Positions 39,019 through 48,809 of a stretch of 64,000 nucleotides of DNA are shown here, piece after piece (within the stretch, counting starts at the first letter, position 1; each line of letters starts with the position of its first letter). Origin of the DNA: Desulfobaccales bacterium. GTDB lineage: Bacteria; Desulfobacterota; Desulfobaccia; Desulfobaccales; 0-14-0-80-60-11. The position numbers were made by a program, and so were the translations under genes. The DNA lies in contig JBKQKO010000098.1 of the NCBI GenBank assembly GCA_052147455.1, forward strand, positions 42,236-106,235. The letters run 5' to 3'. The notes beneath the pieces are model-generated. The model saw only the letters and a list, made by a program, of their open reading frames with translations. It ran no database searches and was not told the origin of the DNA.

Positions 39019-41034
39019 TCACCCTGAATTAACTAAATTGACCTTATCCTTAATCCGATAGAGGACGAAAGCCTCATTACTATATACCGGTTCGAGATAG
39101 TGCTCAGCAAATGATAAGAATTTATCCCAATGAAAGCTCCTGGGGTCTATACCTCGACTCACCAAATAATTAAAATTGGCAAAGTTAGTAAGGATATAGT
39201 TTATCCCCGCAGCTCTCATTACTTCGGGATCAGGCACATTTTCTGACAGTAGAGCCCAATTAGTACCATCCGGGTCCTGAATCACCGGGATTTCACAATA
39301 ATACCCACGACCTTCAAACATAAATAGTACTTTATCTTTTTCCCTTAGATTATGATTTATATATGCTGTAATATCTGCATAGGTCGAAGCTACTTTCATC
39401 GGATGATTAATTAGATAAGATTGCCATGAACGCATTCCTATAAAGTGTTCGAGAGCTGGCCTGTTCGATGGCCAGAGTAAAAAAACCATGCCGATATTGG
39501 GAAGCAGTATAAAAAGACTGAGAACAATAAGCAAGTAATTATATAATTTACATTTGAATTTGCGCGCACCAAAATTCCAGATAACATACATTGCCACTAT
39601 GGTAAGTGGTGGAATAGCTGGAATCAAATAGCGCAGGTTGCTATGAGAATAATAAGTGTTGAGACCTACAATAAATAATGTACTTGGCAGTACCAACCAA
39701 AAAATCGTTAGGTTATTTAAACAACAAATTGAGAGCGGCAATAATAAAAAAAGAAGATTTGCACAATAAAAAATTCCTTCGGGCTCGATAGTCAGGTGAC
39801 CTGGGTTAAAGAAGAAATCTTTCAAATTGAAGAAGGCAGGTATCTGCAAATGAGCCTGGTATATTTGGGGGTCAGTAGTAAGCAGCGGTTTTACCAGGTC
39901 TTTTATCCAAGCAGGGTTTTGCCTCCCAGTGATAAAGGGGTAGAGGGGGGACTTAAGCAAAATCCAATTTTTCAACAACCAGGGGGATATGGCACAGAAC
40001 AATAATAAAGAGAAAAAGAAAACAGCCTTAATAAAGTTAAGATGATTAGACGAATTGCGATAAGCAATCCATAATATCAATGGAGTTAAGGCTAATATAT
40101 AAAATCCAGCACTATATTTAACTCCAAAGGCACAGCCAAGAAAAATTGCAGATAAATAAAAATATACTGACCAGGGACGCTGGGCATGCGATTTAATTAA
40201 TAAATAGTGCGCTAAAAAACAGAAGAGGGCGACCGATACGTCTATTCTAGGTGTTATTAAAACTATTAAGATAACGGTACTCGCCCATATCAAAGATAGA
40301 CTATAATTCGCCACAAAATTATTGAGAAAGCGATTGCTAAATTCAAAAACAGCTAACCCTAATACTAATCCCAAAAGGGCGCTTAAAATTCCAGGAGCTG
40401 AAGCATTCCCAAAAGCTAATAAGGGTATATACAGCATGTGGATGAGTTGTACTGCAAAGATATTTAAATTATCATCAGGCAAAAATATTTTATGAGCCTT
40501 TAAAAATAGGGCTGGCCCTTGTACATGATATACTAAAGTATCCCAATCAATGGGAGGAGCGCTGGATAGAACCAAAAGAAATAGACTTACAATACCTCCT
40601 ATCAAAATGCTCACCAGATCGCATTTATCTATTATATATACGCCAGCATCTTTTACTAAAATTAAAACTTTCTTGATTGATGTTCGGCATAACAACATCA
40701 GAAAGAGCAACACAAATCCGAGAACCGATGGCATTAAAAGAGAAACAAATCCGAGAAATAAAATTATTAGAGATAGAAACCCGATACCTAATAATAGTGA
40801 AATAAGTAAAATTTCGAGCGGTTCAGCGAATAATTTTCTCCATGATGACAATAAATGGAATCCGAAGGATGCGCATATAATCAACAAATATATAACCAAC
40901 AATTGATTATATAAATTATCAAAAAGTAAGAATAAACCGTTGTAGTTTGAGCCTTGATAATGTACATAGAAATGTGAGCCAATAATAACTGTAAAAACTA
41001 CAGCAAGCGTCGACAAAAAATAACGGTTAATCAA
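39019..41034 (-). CDS. Large polytopic membrane protein, putative GT-C-fold (ArnT/PMT-like) glycosyltransferase; very AT-rich
   Basis: 671 aa, more than 12 TM. First-loop acidic motif PPIDWDTLVYH and a soluble C-terminal domain of about 130 aa. TTG start, with no ATG nearby. Confidence 0.55.
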   Translation of the reverse strand: MINRYFLSTLAVVFTVIIGSHFYVHYQGSNYNGLFLLFDNLYNQLLVIYLLIICASFGFHLLSSWRKLFAEPLEILLISLLLGIGFLSLIILFLGFVSLLMPSVLGFVLLFLMLLCRTSIKKVLILVKDAGVYIIDKCDLVSILIGGIVSLFLLVLSSAPPIDWDTLVYHVQGPALFLKAHKIFLPDDNLNIFAVQLIHMLYIPLLAFGNASAPGILSALLGLVLGLAVFEFSNRFLNNFVANYSLSLIWASTVILIVLITPRIDVSVALFCFLAHYLLIKSHAQRPWSVYFYLSAIFLGCAFGVKYSAGFYILALTPLILWIAYRNSSNHLNFIKAVFFFSLLLFCAISPWLLKNWILLKSPLYPFITGRQNPAWIKDLVKPLLTTDPQIYQAHLQIPAFFNLKDFFFNPGHLTIEPEGIFYCANLLFLLLPLSICCLNNLTIFWLVLPSTLFIVGLNTYYSHSNLRYLIPAIPPLTIVAMYVIWNFGARKFKCKLYNYLLIVLSLFILLPNIGMVFLLWPSNRPALEHFIGMRSWQSYLINHPMKVASTYADITAYINHNLREKDKVLFMFEGRGYYCEIPVIQDPDGTNWALLSENVPDPEVMRAAGINYILTNFANFNYLVSRGIDPRSFHWDKFLSFAEHYLEPVYSNEAFVLYRIKDKVNLVNSG

Positions 41035-41248
41035 GCTAATTCTCTTTGATCCAAATGATTGCTCGAAGAGCTGTGTCGTATCGATGGAAATAGACGGGAA
41101 TAATTAGATATGGGTTTAATGGATAGTCTAAAATAGACCATAGTTCGGCATTGATGGATAGGCATGATTTTTCAAACATTTCCTCCAAGTTTTCTCTATT
41201 CTAACATGGAGAACACTTGGCTGTGAGCTCGCTCGATCAAAGGAACTC

Positions 41249-42406
41249 TCATTTCCTGGGCAAACTAAGAATGCTTAAGAAAAAGCTGGAAAAGATCACC
41301 TGGACGCCTATCGTTATCAAGTTGACGGCGGGGATGACTTGTCGAAGACTCTCGGGATAGGAAAGGGCTCCGAAATGAGCCGCCTTCCAGAAGAGGACGG
41401 CGATTATCAGTTTAGACAGCCCCACCAGGAGGATCACCAGGCCCAACAAAACCCCTCTTTCCAGGGTGAACCATTTGTAGAGATTGTCCAGGAGGCTGGC
41501 GGTCTTAGGCAGCAAGCCTTCGGAGATTGCGAAAACCCGGGTAAATATACCGAAGATGGAAATTTGCAGCCCCACCACCTGGCACATGGAACATACCAGC
41601 AGGGTATTAGTGTCAAAACCAAAGGGCCCCACCTTCCAGGGTCCCATCTGTAAGCGGGCGCTGAAGGCCATACCCACCAAGAGGAGAAGCATCCCCGGCA
41701 CCAGGAAGAGCCAGGTAGGGCTGTAAAGCAGCATGAAGCGCAGATGCCGCCAACCGTCCCGCCAACTTCTCAGATGGGGAGGCCGGGATCGCCCGTCCTT
41801 ATAAAGGGTGATGGGGACCTCCCCGATGCGCAAGCCTTGGAGCGTGGCCTTGATGACCATCTCGGAGGCAAACTCCATGCCCGTAGTCCTGGGAGTAATC
41901 TGCTGGTATGCTTCACGGGTAAAGGCCCGCATGCCGCAATGGAAGTCGGTGGCCCGGCTTTCAAAGAAGAGACGGCCGATACCCGACAGAACCGGATTGC
42001 CGATCCAGCGGTGCTTCCAGGGCATCGCCCCCTTCATGATCTTCCCGCCCCCCTTGGGAAGACGGCAACCCATAACCAGCTCGTAGCCCTCCTGCAGCTT
42101 CTCTACAAAAGGGGTAATATGGCTGAGATCATAGCTGTCATCGGCGTCGGCCATAATTATCCATTTTCCTGTGGCCGCCTCGATCCCTCCCCGGAGCGCA
42201 TTCCCATATCCCTTCTCGTTAACGTGCACTACCCGGGCTCCCATATCCCTGGCTATTTCTAGAGAACCATCGGTGCTGCCATTATCCGCCACAATAATTT
42301 CCCCGTCAAGTTTGAGTGCTTCTATACTCTTTTTGGCTTTCAAAATACAATTACCGAGGGTTTCAGCCTCATTTAAGCAGGGTAAAATAATGCTAAGATC
42401 TCGCAT
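41249..42406 (-). CDS. GT2 polyprenyl-phosphate glycosyltransferase (ArnC/GtrB/DPM1-like) with C-terminal TM helices
   Basis: LSIILPCLNEAETL..........GEIIVADNGSTDGS, ADADDSYD, and four C-terminal TM segments. Confidence 0.8.
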   Translation of the reverse strand: MRDLSIILPCLNEAETLGNCILKAKKSIEALKLDGEIIVADNGSTDGSLEIARDMGARVVHVNEKGYGNALRGGIEAATGKWIIMADADDSYDLSHITPFVEKLQEGYELVMGCRLPKGGGKIMKGAMPWKHRWIGNPVLSGIGRLFFESRATDFHCGMRAFTREAYQQITPRTTGMEFASEMVIKATLQGLRIGEVPITLYKDGRSRPPHLRSWRDGWRHLRFMLLYSPTWLFLVPGMLLLLVGMAFSARLQMGPWKVGPFGFDTNTLLVCSMCQVVGLQISIFGIFTRVFAISEGLLPKTASLLDNLYKWFTLERGVLLGLVILLVGLSKLIIAVLFWKAAHFGALSYPESLRQVIPAVNLITIGVQVIFSSFFLSILSLPRK

Positions 42407-42477
42407 AACTACCTCTTAAGCGTAGCCAGCCACATTAATATTCCCAGAAGGCAACTCATAATAATCATGTTAGCCGA

Positions 42478-43118
42478 GATTATGCGGCAGCCTTGGCCAG
42501 AGCAATCCAAAAAAGGTTTTTGGGACCTCTTGCCCGGAAAAAATCCCCAAAAGTTTCTGTTCTTGAAGCCGAATCCTCTCATTGATACTATGCTAACACA
42601 AGTTTCCTTCGAAAAATACTATTTCCCTGAATTTTGGGCATATCTAACCCTCAGAACCAAGATACCCCATGGCTGTGGAGCTTGCCCCCACTTTGATCAG
42701 GCGCTTGCTCAGCCAGTCCAGGGACCACTTAGCTTCTTGGCCCCAGACATAGAATTTTATTATATCAAATGGTTATGCTGGTCTCCATTTTCCTGCGGCA
42801 TAATCCAGATAAAAAATCTAGAAATCTATTCCCCAAAATCAAATTTCAGGTCGAGATTTTCCCCCCAATCATCCGGGCAAAGGTTCCACCTGACAAATTT
42901 CCGGAAAAAGAGCCGACGCTACTTTTTATAACTAATTCAAAACCCACAGATTTGCCGTATGCCGGCGCTGTAGGGGCGGACGCAGGTGTCCGCCCCCGGA
43001 GGCCAATGAGTTAAAATTCTGCGGGTCACTTTTCCTGACCCATAGCCAGGACTACAAAGCGCCGGTCCAGGCCAACCTGCACCGGCTTGATCTAGCCGGT
43101 GTAGGGCTGCTGGAAGTT
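42478..43118. mobile_element. Degenerate IS remnant, direct-repeat copy B (about 641 bp)
   Basis: Collinear with 31312-32040. Its transposase tail carries an internal deletion and frame disruption. Confidence 0.7.
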
Positions 43119-43666
43119 ATTTTATTATATATCATATTGATAATTCTATATATTATGATTAATCTTTAAATTTCTTAATATTTAATCAGCCCAATTTGCA
43201 GAGGGTCATAAAATAATTTTTCTGGTCGTGAAATTGGCCGGGCGCACACTTTTCCAAAAAAAATCTAACCATTTGCCCCTTTCCCGTGGCATAATGCTTC
43301 CGGGTGAGGCCCGATGAATTCACGGGATACCTGGCGCAAGGAATTATCCGAAATTCGCTCTTCCGGCGCGGCGATCAAGGAGGTTTTCTATTGCGGCCCG
43401 CGGGCTAACCTAATATGGACAGGGGGGGATGGGACTCCTATCCCCGGGTTTGGGTTTCAGGGGCGAAAAATTTTCAGGATGGCGGCGGCGCCGGTGGAGG
43501 GAACGCGGCGAGCGGTTACCACAACTACTCCCCGGGAAGAGGAACCACCTCGGCGGTAGACTCTGGAGAGAGGCCGGCGGGTAATCTTTTGACTACGGTA
43601 TCCATGGCTGTCGCATAATCTCTGGTTATCTTGGAGCGATCCGCTGTTATTAAATTCTTGGGGGTA

Positions 43667-44808
43667 ATGGATATGGCAAAGTGTGCACTAGTATTAACCT
43701 CTATCTTTAACACGAATATTTTAGATAATTATTTGCAAAATTTTTATAAGTATGGTACTATCGACTCAGTTACGGTATTTTTCATCCCAGATAGAAAGAC
43801 CCCGCAAGATGTTTACGATAAATGCAAGGAATGGAGCAAGAAAGGATTGCCTGTATCATGTCCGACTATTTCTGAACAAGAGGCATTTCTTTCAAAAATC
43901 GGCTTTAATCCAATTTTAATCCCTTATGATTCTGATAACCGGCGCAATGTTGGATATCTCATGGCTATGGAATCTGGAGTAGACTTTGTAGTATCCATTG
44001 ATGACGATAATTTTTGTATAGATCACGAAGATTTCTTTGCCGAACATTCTATTGTGTGTAAAGGTACCATTAAAGCCGAGATGATACATTCAAACACTGG
44101 GTGGTTTAATATTTGCCAGTTGCTCGAATTCGACCAACCAGGGACAACCTATCCGCGAGGGTTCCCTTATTATGCCAGACATCTGCCAGAGGAAATTCAG
44201 CAGCAAATCTCGCCGGCATCGATCCACATCAATGCCGGTCTCTGGTTGAAAGATCCGGATGTTGATGGGATCAGCTGGCTGGTCAAGCCTATGCGGTCAA
44301 AGTCATTTACTGGAAGGTCAGTCGTTTTGGATAGAAATACCTGGACGCCGGTGAATTCTCAAAATACTGCCCTAAAAGTCGAGGCTATTGCAGCATATTA
44401 TTTCATACGGATGCGCTATCCGTTGCTGGGCGGTCTGCTTATTGACCGCTATGGAGACATTTTTTCAGGATATTTTTGCCAAGCCTGTATGCGGCACCTG
44501 GGGGGGCTTTACGGGTAGGTTCCCCGGTCGCCGATCATCGTCGCAACAGCCATAATTATCTGGCGGATGCCTTAGGGGAGATGGCTTGCATAGTTGTGCT
44601 TGAAGAATTTTTAGTCTGGCTTACCCAAGAGGCCAAGCTATCGGGAAATTCTTATGTTGAGGCTTATACGTCTTTGAGTTACCTGATAGAGGATGTAGTG
44701 GAGAGGTTTACGGGCAAATTATGGAATGATGCAACTCGGGCTTATTTCCATCAGGTTGCTTATTGCATGCGGGAATGGGCCGGAACGTGTAAACGCTTAA
44801 CAAGTTAA
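43667..44808 (+). pseudogene. RGP/GT75-like (reversibly glycosylated polypeptide / UDP-arabinopyranose-mutase-family) gene, split by a frameshift at a G7 tract
   Basis: ORFs 43631-44518 and 44476-44808 overlap around GGGGGGG (44500-44506). DxD region VVSIDDDNFCI. The junction would read CMRHLGGALRVGSPVADHRRNSHN if one G were added, resembling the plant RGP motif CDHLG.GVKTG.PY.WHSKASN. Confidence 0.6.
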
Positions 44809-44836
44809 GTATGGCATAACAGAGAGAGGATAGGAG

Positions 44837-45148
44837 ATGCAAGCAGGCCTGGCACTTATTGGAACTGTTCTGTTTAATCTGGTAGCTCACATTTTTATGA
44901 AATTTAGTGCTATGCGCGATGCTCTAATTCCTTACTTTTTTTTAGGAATTATATTCTTTGGTTTTTCGGTTTTTTTCTACAGATTCAGTCTTAAGTTTTT
45001 TCCCCTTAATAAGGCCTTCCTCATTTTGAACGGTTCTAGTTATGTTTTGATCGGCATCATCTCGGTGTTCCTGTTTAACGAAAAATTCTCCGCTAAGCTC
45101 TTAATCAGCTATGGTTTGGTACTCGGCGGACTCCTTTTATCCCTGTAA
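44837..45148 (+). CDS. Small 4-TM EamA/SMR-like membrane protein (ArnE/ArnF-type lipid-linked sugar flippase candidate)
   Basis: 103 aa, hydrophobic, about 4 TM. It sits between glycosyltransferase genes. Confidence 0.5.
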   Translation: MQAGLALIGTVLFNLVAHIFMKFSAMRDALIPYFFLGIIFFGFSVFFYRFSLKFFPLNKAFLILNGSSYVLIGIISVFLFNEKFSAKLLISYGLVLGGLLLSL

Positions 45149-45163
45149 AGTGAGATAACCAAA

Positions 45164-45901
45164 ATGAAAAAAGTGGGCATTTCGATGCCGGTAGCCAATG
45201 AAGAATTAACCATAAGCAACTTTTTGGAAGATCTCCTCAATGAAATTTCTAAGCTCAATTATTCTTTTTTTGTTTATGTAGTTATGGACAACTTCTCTAA
45301 AGACGGAACCTGGGATATTGTCCAACAGGTTGCTGACCAAGACCCCAGGGTGAAGCTTGTTTTTTTTAAAGAATCGACCGGGGTGGTCAGTTGCTACCTG
45401 AAGGGGTTTAAAGAGGCTTTGGCTGACCATTGTGATTTTATTATAGAGATGGATAGTGGCGGCAGCCACCCTCCGGAGAGAATTGGTGAAATATTAGAGA
45501 GCCTGGATGGACAAGGATTTGACGTTGCCTTTATGAGCAGATTTATGTCAGGTGCAGGTATTGAGAATTTTCCTTTTTATCGTAGAGTTGTTAGCCAGGG
45601 CGGCACAATCTTGGCAAACCTGTGGTTGGGGACCAAGTATAGTGACGCTACCAGCGGCTATGAAGGGTTTCGCCAAGAGGTTCTTAATTCTCTGAATTTA
45701 GACGCCTTTATCTCCACCGGTGGCATATATCAGACCGAAATGAAATACTATTGTTATGCCGGGAAATTTAAAATCAAAGAGATCCCTTTTGTTTATATCG
45801 GCACAACTACCGCATTTAAAAGTAAATGGATCTGGATCGCCCTCAAGACTTTATACAGAATAAAATACAATACCATGAACGTTCTAAGAAGAAATTTATA
45901 A
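45164..45901 (+). CDS. GT2 glycosyltransferase (dolichyl/polyprenyl-phosphate sugar synthase-like, soluble form)
   Basis: ISMPVANEE.TI..........YSFFVYVVMDNFSKDGT, with an acidic motif EMDSGGSHPP. Confidence 0.75.
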   Translation: MKKVGISMPVANEELTISNFLEDLLNEISKLNYSFFVYVVMDNFSKDGTWDIVQQVADQDPRVKLVFFKESTGVVSCYLKGFKEALADHCDFIIEMDSGGSHPPERIGEILESLDGQGFDVAFMSRFMSGAGIENFPFYRRVVSQGGTILANLWLGTKYSDATSGYEGFRQEVLNSLNLDAFISTGGIYQTEMKYYCYAGKFKIKEIPFVYIGTTTAFKSKWIWIALKTLYRIKYNTMNVLRRNL

Positions 45902-45984
45902 GCTTTCAGCGGGTCTTGAACCACTGCAAGAATAATTTGCTGCTTTCAGCAGATATATATCAACTTCAGAGGATGGAACAGCCC

Positions 45985-46953
45985 ATGAAGAACGCGCTGG
46001 TATGCGGTGCCGGTGGATTTATTGGAAGTCATCTGGTTAAGCGTCTTCGAACCGAAGGTTTCTGGGTTCGGGGCGTGGATTTAAAATATCCTGAATTTTC
46101 CCCCACTGAGGCGGACGATTTTGTCATCGGCGATTTACGAGATCAGACAATTTGCAGACTGGTAGTCGACCGCCGCTTCGATGAAGTCTACCAGCTAGCA
46201 GCTGACATGGGTGGGGCCGGCTTCGTCTTCACCGGCGCTAATGATGCCGACATCATGCATAACTCCGGACTCATCAACCTGAACATGCTCGAAGCCTGCC
46301 ACAAGCGTAATGTGAAACGGATCTTCTATTCGTCTTCCGCCTGCATGTATCCGGAACATAACCAAGAAGACCCTGATAACCCAAATTGCGCCGAAGATAG
46401 TGCCTACCCGGCCAACCCGGATAGCGAATACGGCTGGGAGAAGCTGTTCAGCGAACGATTATACCTGGCATTCCAGCGGAACTATGGCATGGAAGTCAGA
46501 ATTGCCCGCTTTCACAATATCTTCGGACCGGAGGGCACGTGGCGCGGCGGGCGGGAAAAGGCGCCGGCGGCCCTTTGCCGCAAGGTGGCAGAGGCTAAAT
46601 CTGGTAAAGATCTGGAGATTTGGGGAGATGGCAAACAGACCCGTTCTTTCTTGTATATCGACGAGTGTCTGGAGGGCGTCATCCGGCTGACACGTTCCAA
46701 CTTCACCGGTCCAGTAAACATCGGTTCCGAGGAAATGGTTACCATCAATCAACTTACCGAGATGATCACGGAGATTGCCGGGAAAATGCTGGCTAAAAGG
46801 CATATCCCCGGTCCACAAGGCGTGCGGGGCCGGAATTCTGATAATCGACTGATTTATGAGAAGCTGGGGTGGAAGCCGACCCAGCCCCTGGAGGCAGGCT
46901 TGAAAAAAACCTACGCCTGGATTGCCGGGCAGGTGGAACAGAGTAAAGGTTAG
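45985..46953 (+). CDS. NAD-dependent sugar-nucleotide epimerase closely resembling GDP-mannose 3,5-epimerase (GME)
   Basis: GAGGFIGSHL; LAADMGGAGF; SSACMYPE; YGWEKL; RFHNIFGPEGTWRGGREKAPAALCRK. The last block is near-identical to the plant GME block RFHNIYGPFGTWKGGREKAPAAFCRK as I remember it. The ATG at 45985 is preceded by AGAGGA. Confidence 0.75.
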   Translation: MKNALVCGAGGFIGSHLVKRLRTEGFWVRGVDLKYPEFSPTEADDFVIGDLRDQTICRLVVDRRFDEVYQLAADMGGAGFVFTGANDADIMHNSGLINLNMLEACHKRNVKRIFYSSSACMYPEHNQEDPDNPNCAEDSAYPANPDSEYGWEKLFSERLYLAFQRNYGMEVRIARFHNIFGPEGTWRGGREKAPAALCRKVAEAKSGKDLEIWGDGKQTRSFLYIDECLEGVIRLTRSNFTGPVNIGSEEMVTINQLTEMITEIAGKMLAKRHIPGPQGVRGRNSDNRLIYEKLGWKPTQPLEAGLKKTYAWIAGQVEQSKG

Positions 46954-46991
46954 GTTATTATTGCCACTATTTTGTCTGAAAGGAAATTATT

Positions 46992-47435
46992 ATGACCACC
47001 CCGCAAGATATTAATTTGGCGCAAATAGTTAAAAAGCTGCATAAGGTTGAACAAGAATGTGGCAAACTCGCCCAGCAAAACCGCATTTTAAAACATCTGC
47101 TAATGATCGTCGCGGTTTTAATCCTGGGCGTATTCGTTATGGGGCAGGCTTTACCCAATAATGAAATTATCGAAGCCAAGGGCTTTATTCTACATGATCC
47201 CTCCGGAAACGCGAGAGCTAAGCTTACGATAAAAGATGATCAGCCAATATTGACCCTCATGGATAATAATAAGCAAGATCGTATAATAATGACAATTAAT
47301 GATGGCGAACCATCTATCGTGCTTTGCAATAAAGTTGGGATGAATAGGGCCGCATTATTTTTAATAAATGGTTCATCTCGGCTCGTTTTATTGAATAATG
47401 ATAATAAGCCAGTTTTCGTAGCTCCTCATGAATAA
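46992..47435 (+). CDS. Hypothetical membrane-anchored protein with a short periodic beta-strand-like repeat
   Basis: 147 aa. Coiled N-terminus, one TM (LLMIVAVLILGVFVM), then units of the type ..L.L.D..G..R. AT-rich. No family recognised. Confidence 0.45.
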   Translation: MTTPQDINLAQIVKKLHKVEQECGKLAQQNRILKHLLMIVAVLILGVFVMGQALPNNEIIEAKGFILHDPSGNARAKLTIKDDQPILTLMDNNKQDRIIMTINDGEPSIVLCNKVGMNRAALFLINGSSRLVLLNNDNKPVFVAPHE

Positions 47436-47504
47436 AATTAGCCTTCCTGAGCGATCTCTAATAATTCTAATTTAGGGCCGATATTGGATTCAGGGTTAAG
47501 TCTG

Positions 47505-48809
47505 ATGAAATATTCCTGGAATAACTTTGCTTTATTATTGATTAGTATTATATTAGGGTTATTGTTTATTCCTTTATATTTGTACAATGTATTATGTTTC
47601 AGTATTGGCAATACTTATTGCCATACGAATGATTTTGGTAAAATGTTTAATACTACGCAGTCATTATTAAATGGTAAGATTGACGGATATATTAATAGCC
47701 CAACTACATTAACACTTTTAAGCAAATATTGGTATGACTATTTATTAAATATGAATCCACCACATTTGCATTTTATTATGCTACCGTTAATTTATTTTAA
47801 TATCCACACGGCTTTTATGATATGGATGTCAATTAATGGTATTTGTTTAATAATATCACTTATTTTAATTATTAGAGAAAGCGGAATAAAATTAAATCCC
47901 AGCAGAGGTTTTTTTATCATTTTTGGAGTGCTGATTTTAGCCAGTACTACGGCAAACCTGCCTACGGGGCAACTCTCCTTTTTTCTGTTACTTCCCATCA
48001 CCCTCGCCTGGATTGCCGCGCGTCGAGGTAATTGGGAGGTAATGGGTCTATTTATGGGGTTAGCCGTGAGCGTTAAACTTTTTTTACTAATTTTCCTGCC
48101 TTACCTGGCCTTGCGGCGGCAATTCCGAGCTCTCGCCGTTACTTGTTTGACCGTTTCAGCATGTTTTGCCGCGGGGGTCCTGGTGTTCGGTATGGAAGCC
48201 CACCGGGCCTGGATCCGGGCGCTCTCTTCGGTTAGTTGGGCCTGGATTCCCACCAATCTGTCCGTCATGGGCTTTTTAACCAGGGCCATCTCCCAGAGCC
48301 CTGGTTTCATGCCGATATTCAATGCTCCTGGTTTGATTAAGCCTCTCTGGTTCGTCGGCGCAGGGTTGCTGGGCTTAATAACCTTGGCGGTTGCGGCCCT
48401 GGACACTACCGATCATGCGGTGGATCGTGGATTTGCGTTATTATTGTTGGGAGCCTTGCTGATCTCCCCTCTCGGCTGGGTTTACTATCTCTGGTTTGCT
48501 ATGGGTCCTAGCGTTATTTTAGTGAAATCTTGCTATGAAACAAATAAGCTGGCCGATTCCCCAAAGGGGAGCAGGGTTAGATTAAGAAATTGTTTATTTA
48601 TTGCAGCTATACCTGGTCTTGTATGGCCTATTCTGGGCCTATTCTGGTTTGAGCCCAGTATCTGGGCCACTATCCTAATTGGGTCTATTTATTTCTGGAC
48701 TGTCTTGGCTCTCTGGCTCAGTCTTTTGGCCGATTGGGTTGAGGCCTCCGGGAACTTTTCCCCTATGATAATCTCCCGACTATTTTACCTTAAGGGAAGT
48801 GCGCGGTGA
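47505..48809 (+). CDS. Polytopic membrane protein, putative GT87/DUF2029-like GT-C glycosyltransferase
   Basis: About 434 aa, more than 10 TM. Early loop acidic motif (HTNDFGKMF), as in DUF2029/PimE-like enzymes. The start is uncertain (TTG 47484 or ATG 47505). Confidence 0.5.
   Translation: MKYSWNNFALLLISIILGLLFIPLYLYNVLCFSIGNTYCHTNDFGKMFNTTQSLLNGKIDGYINSPTTLTLLSKYWYDYLLNMNPPHLHFIMLPLIYFNIHTAFMIWMSINGICLIISLILIIRESGIKLNPSRGFFIIFGVLILASTTANLPTGQLSFFLLLPITLAWIAARRGNWEVMGLFMGLAVSVKLFLLIFLPYLALRRQFRALAVTCLTVSACFAAGVLVFGMEAHRAWIRALSSVSWAWIPTNLSVMGFLTRAISQSPGFMPIFNAPGLIKPLWFVGAGLLGLITLAVAALDTTDHAVDRGFALLLLGALLISPLGWVYYLWFAMGPSVILVKSCYETNKLADSPKGSRVRLRNCLFIAAIPGLVWPILGLFWFEPSIWATILIGSIYFWTVLALWLSLLADWVEASGNFSPMIISRLFYLKGSAR

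Noticed and set aside
43314-43559. 81-aa ORF in a GC-rich patch upstream of the RGP-like gene
   Set aside because: No start context or recognisable fold. All six frames are broken by stops nearby, so it is more likely debris of a decayed GC-rich gene.
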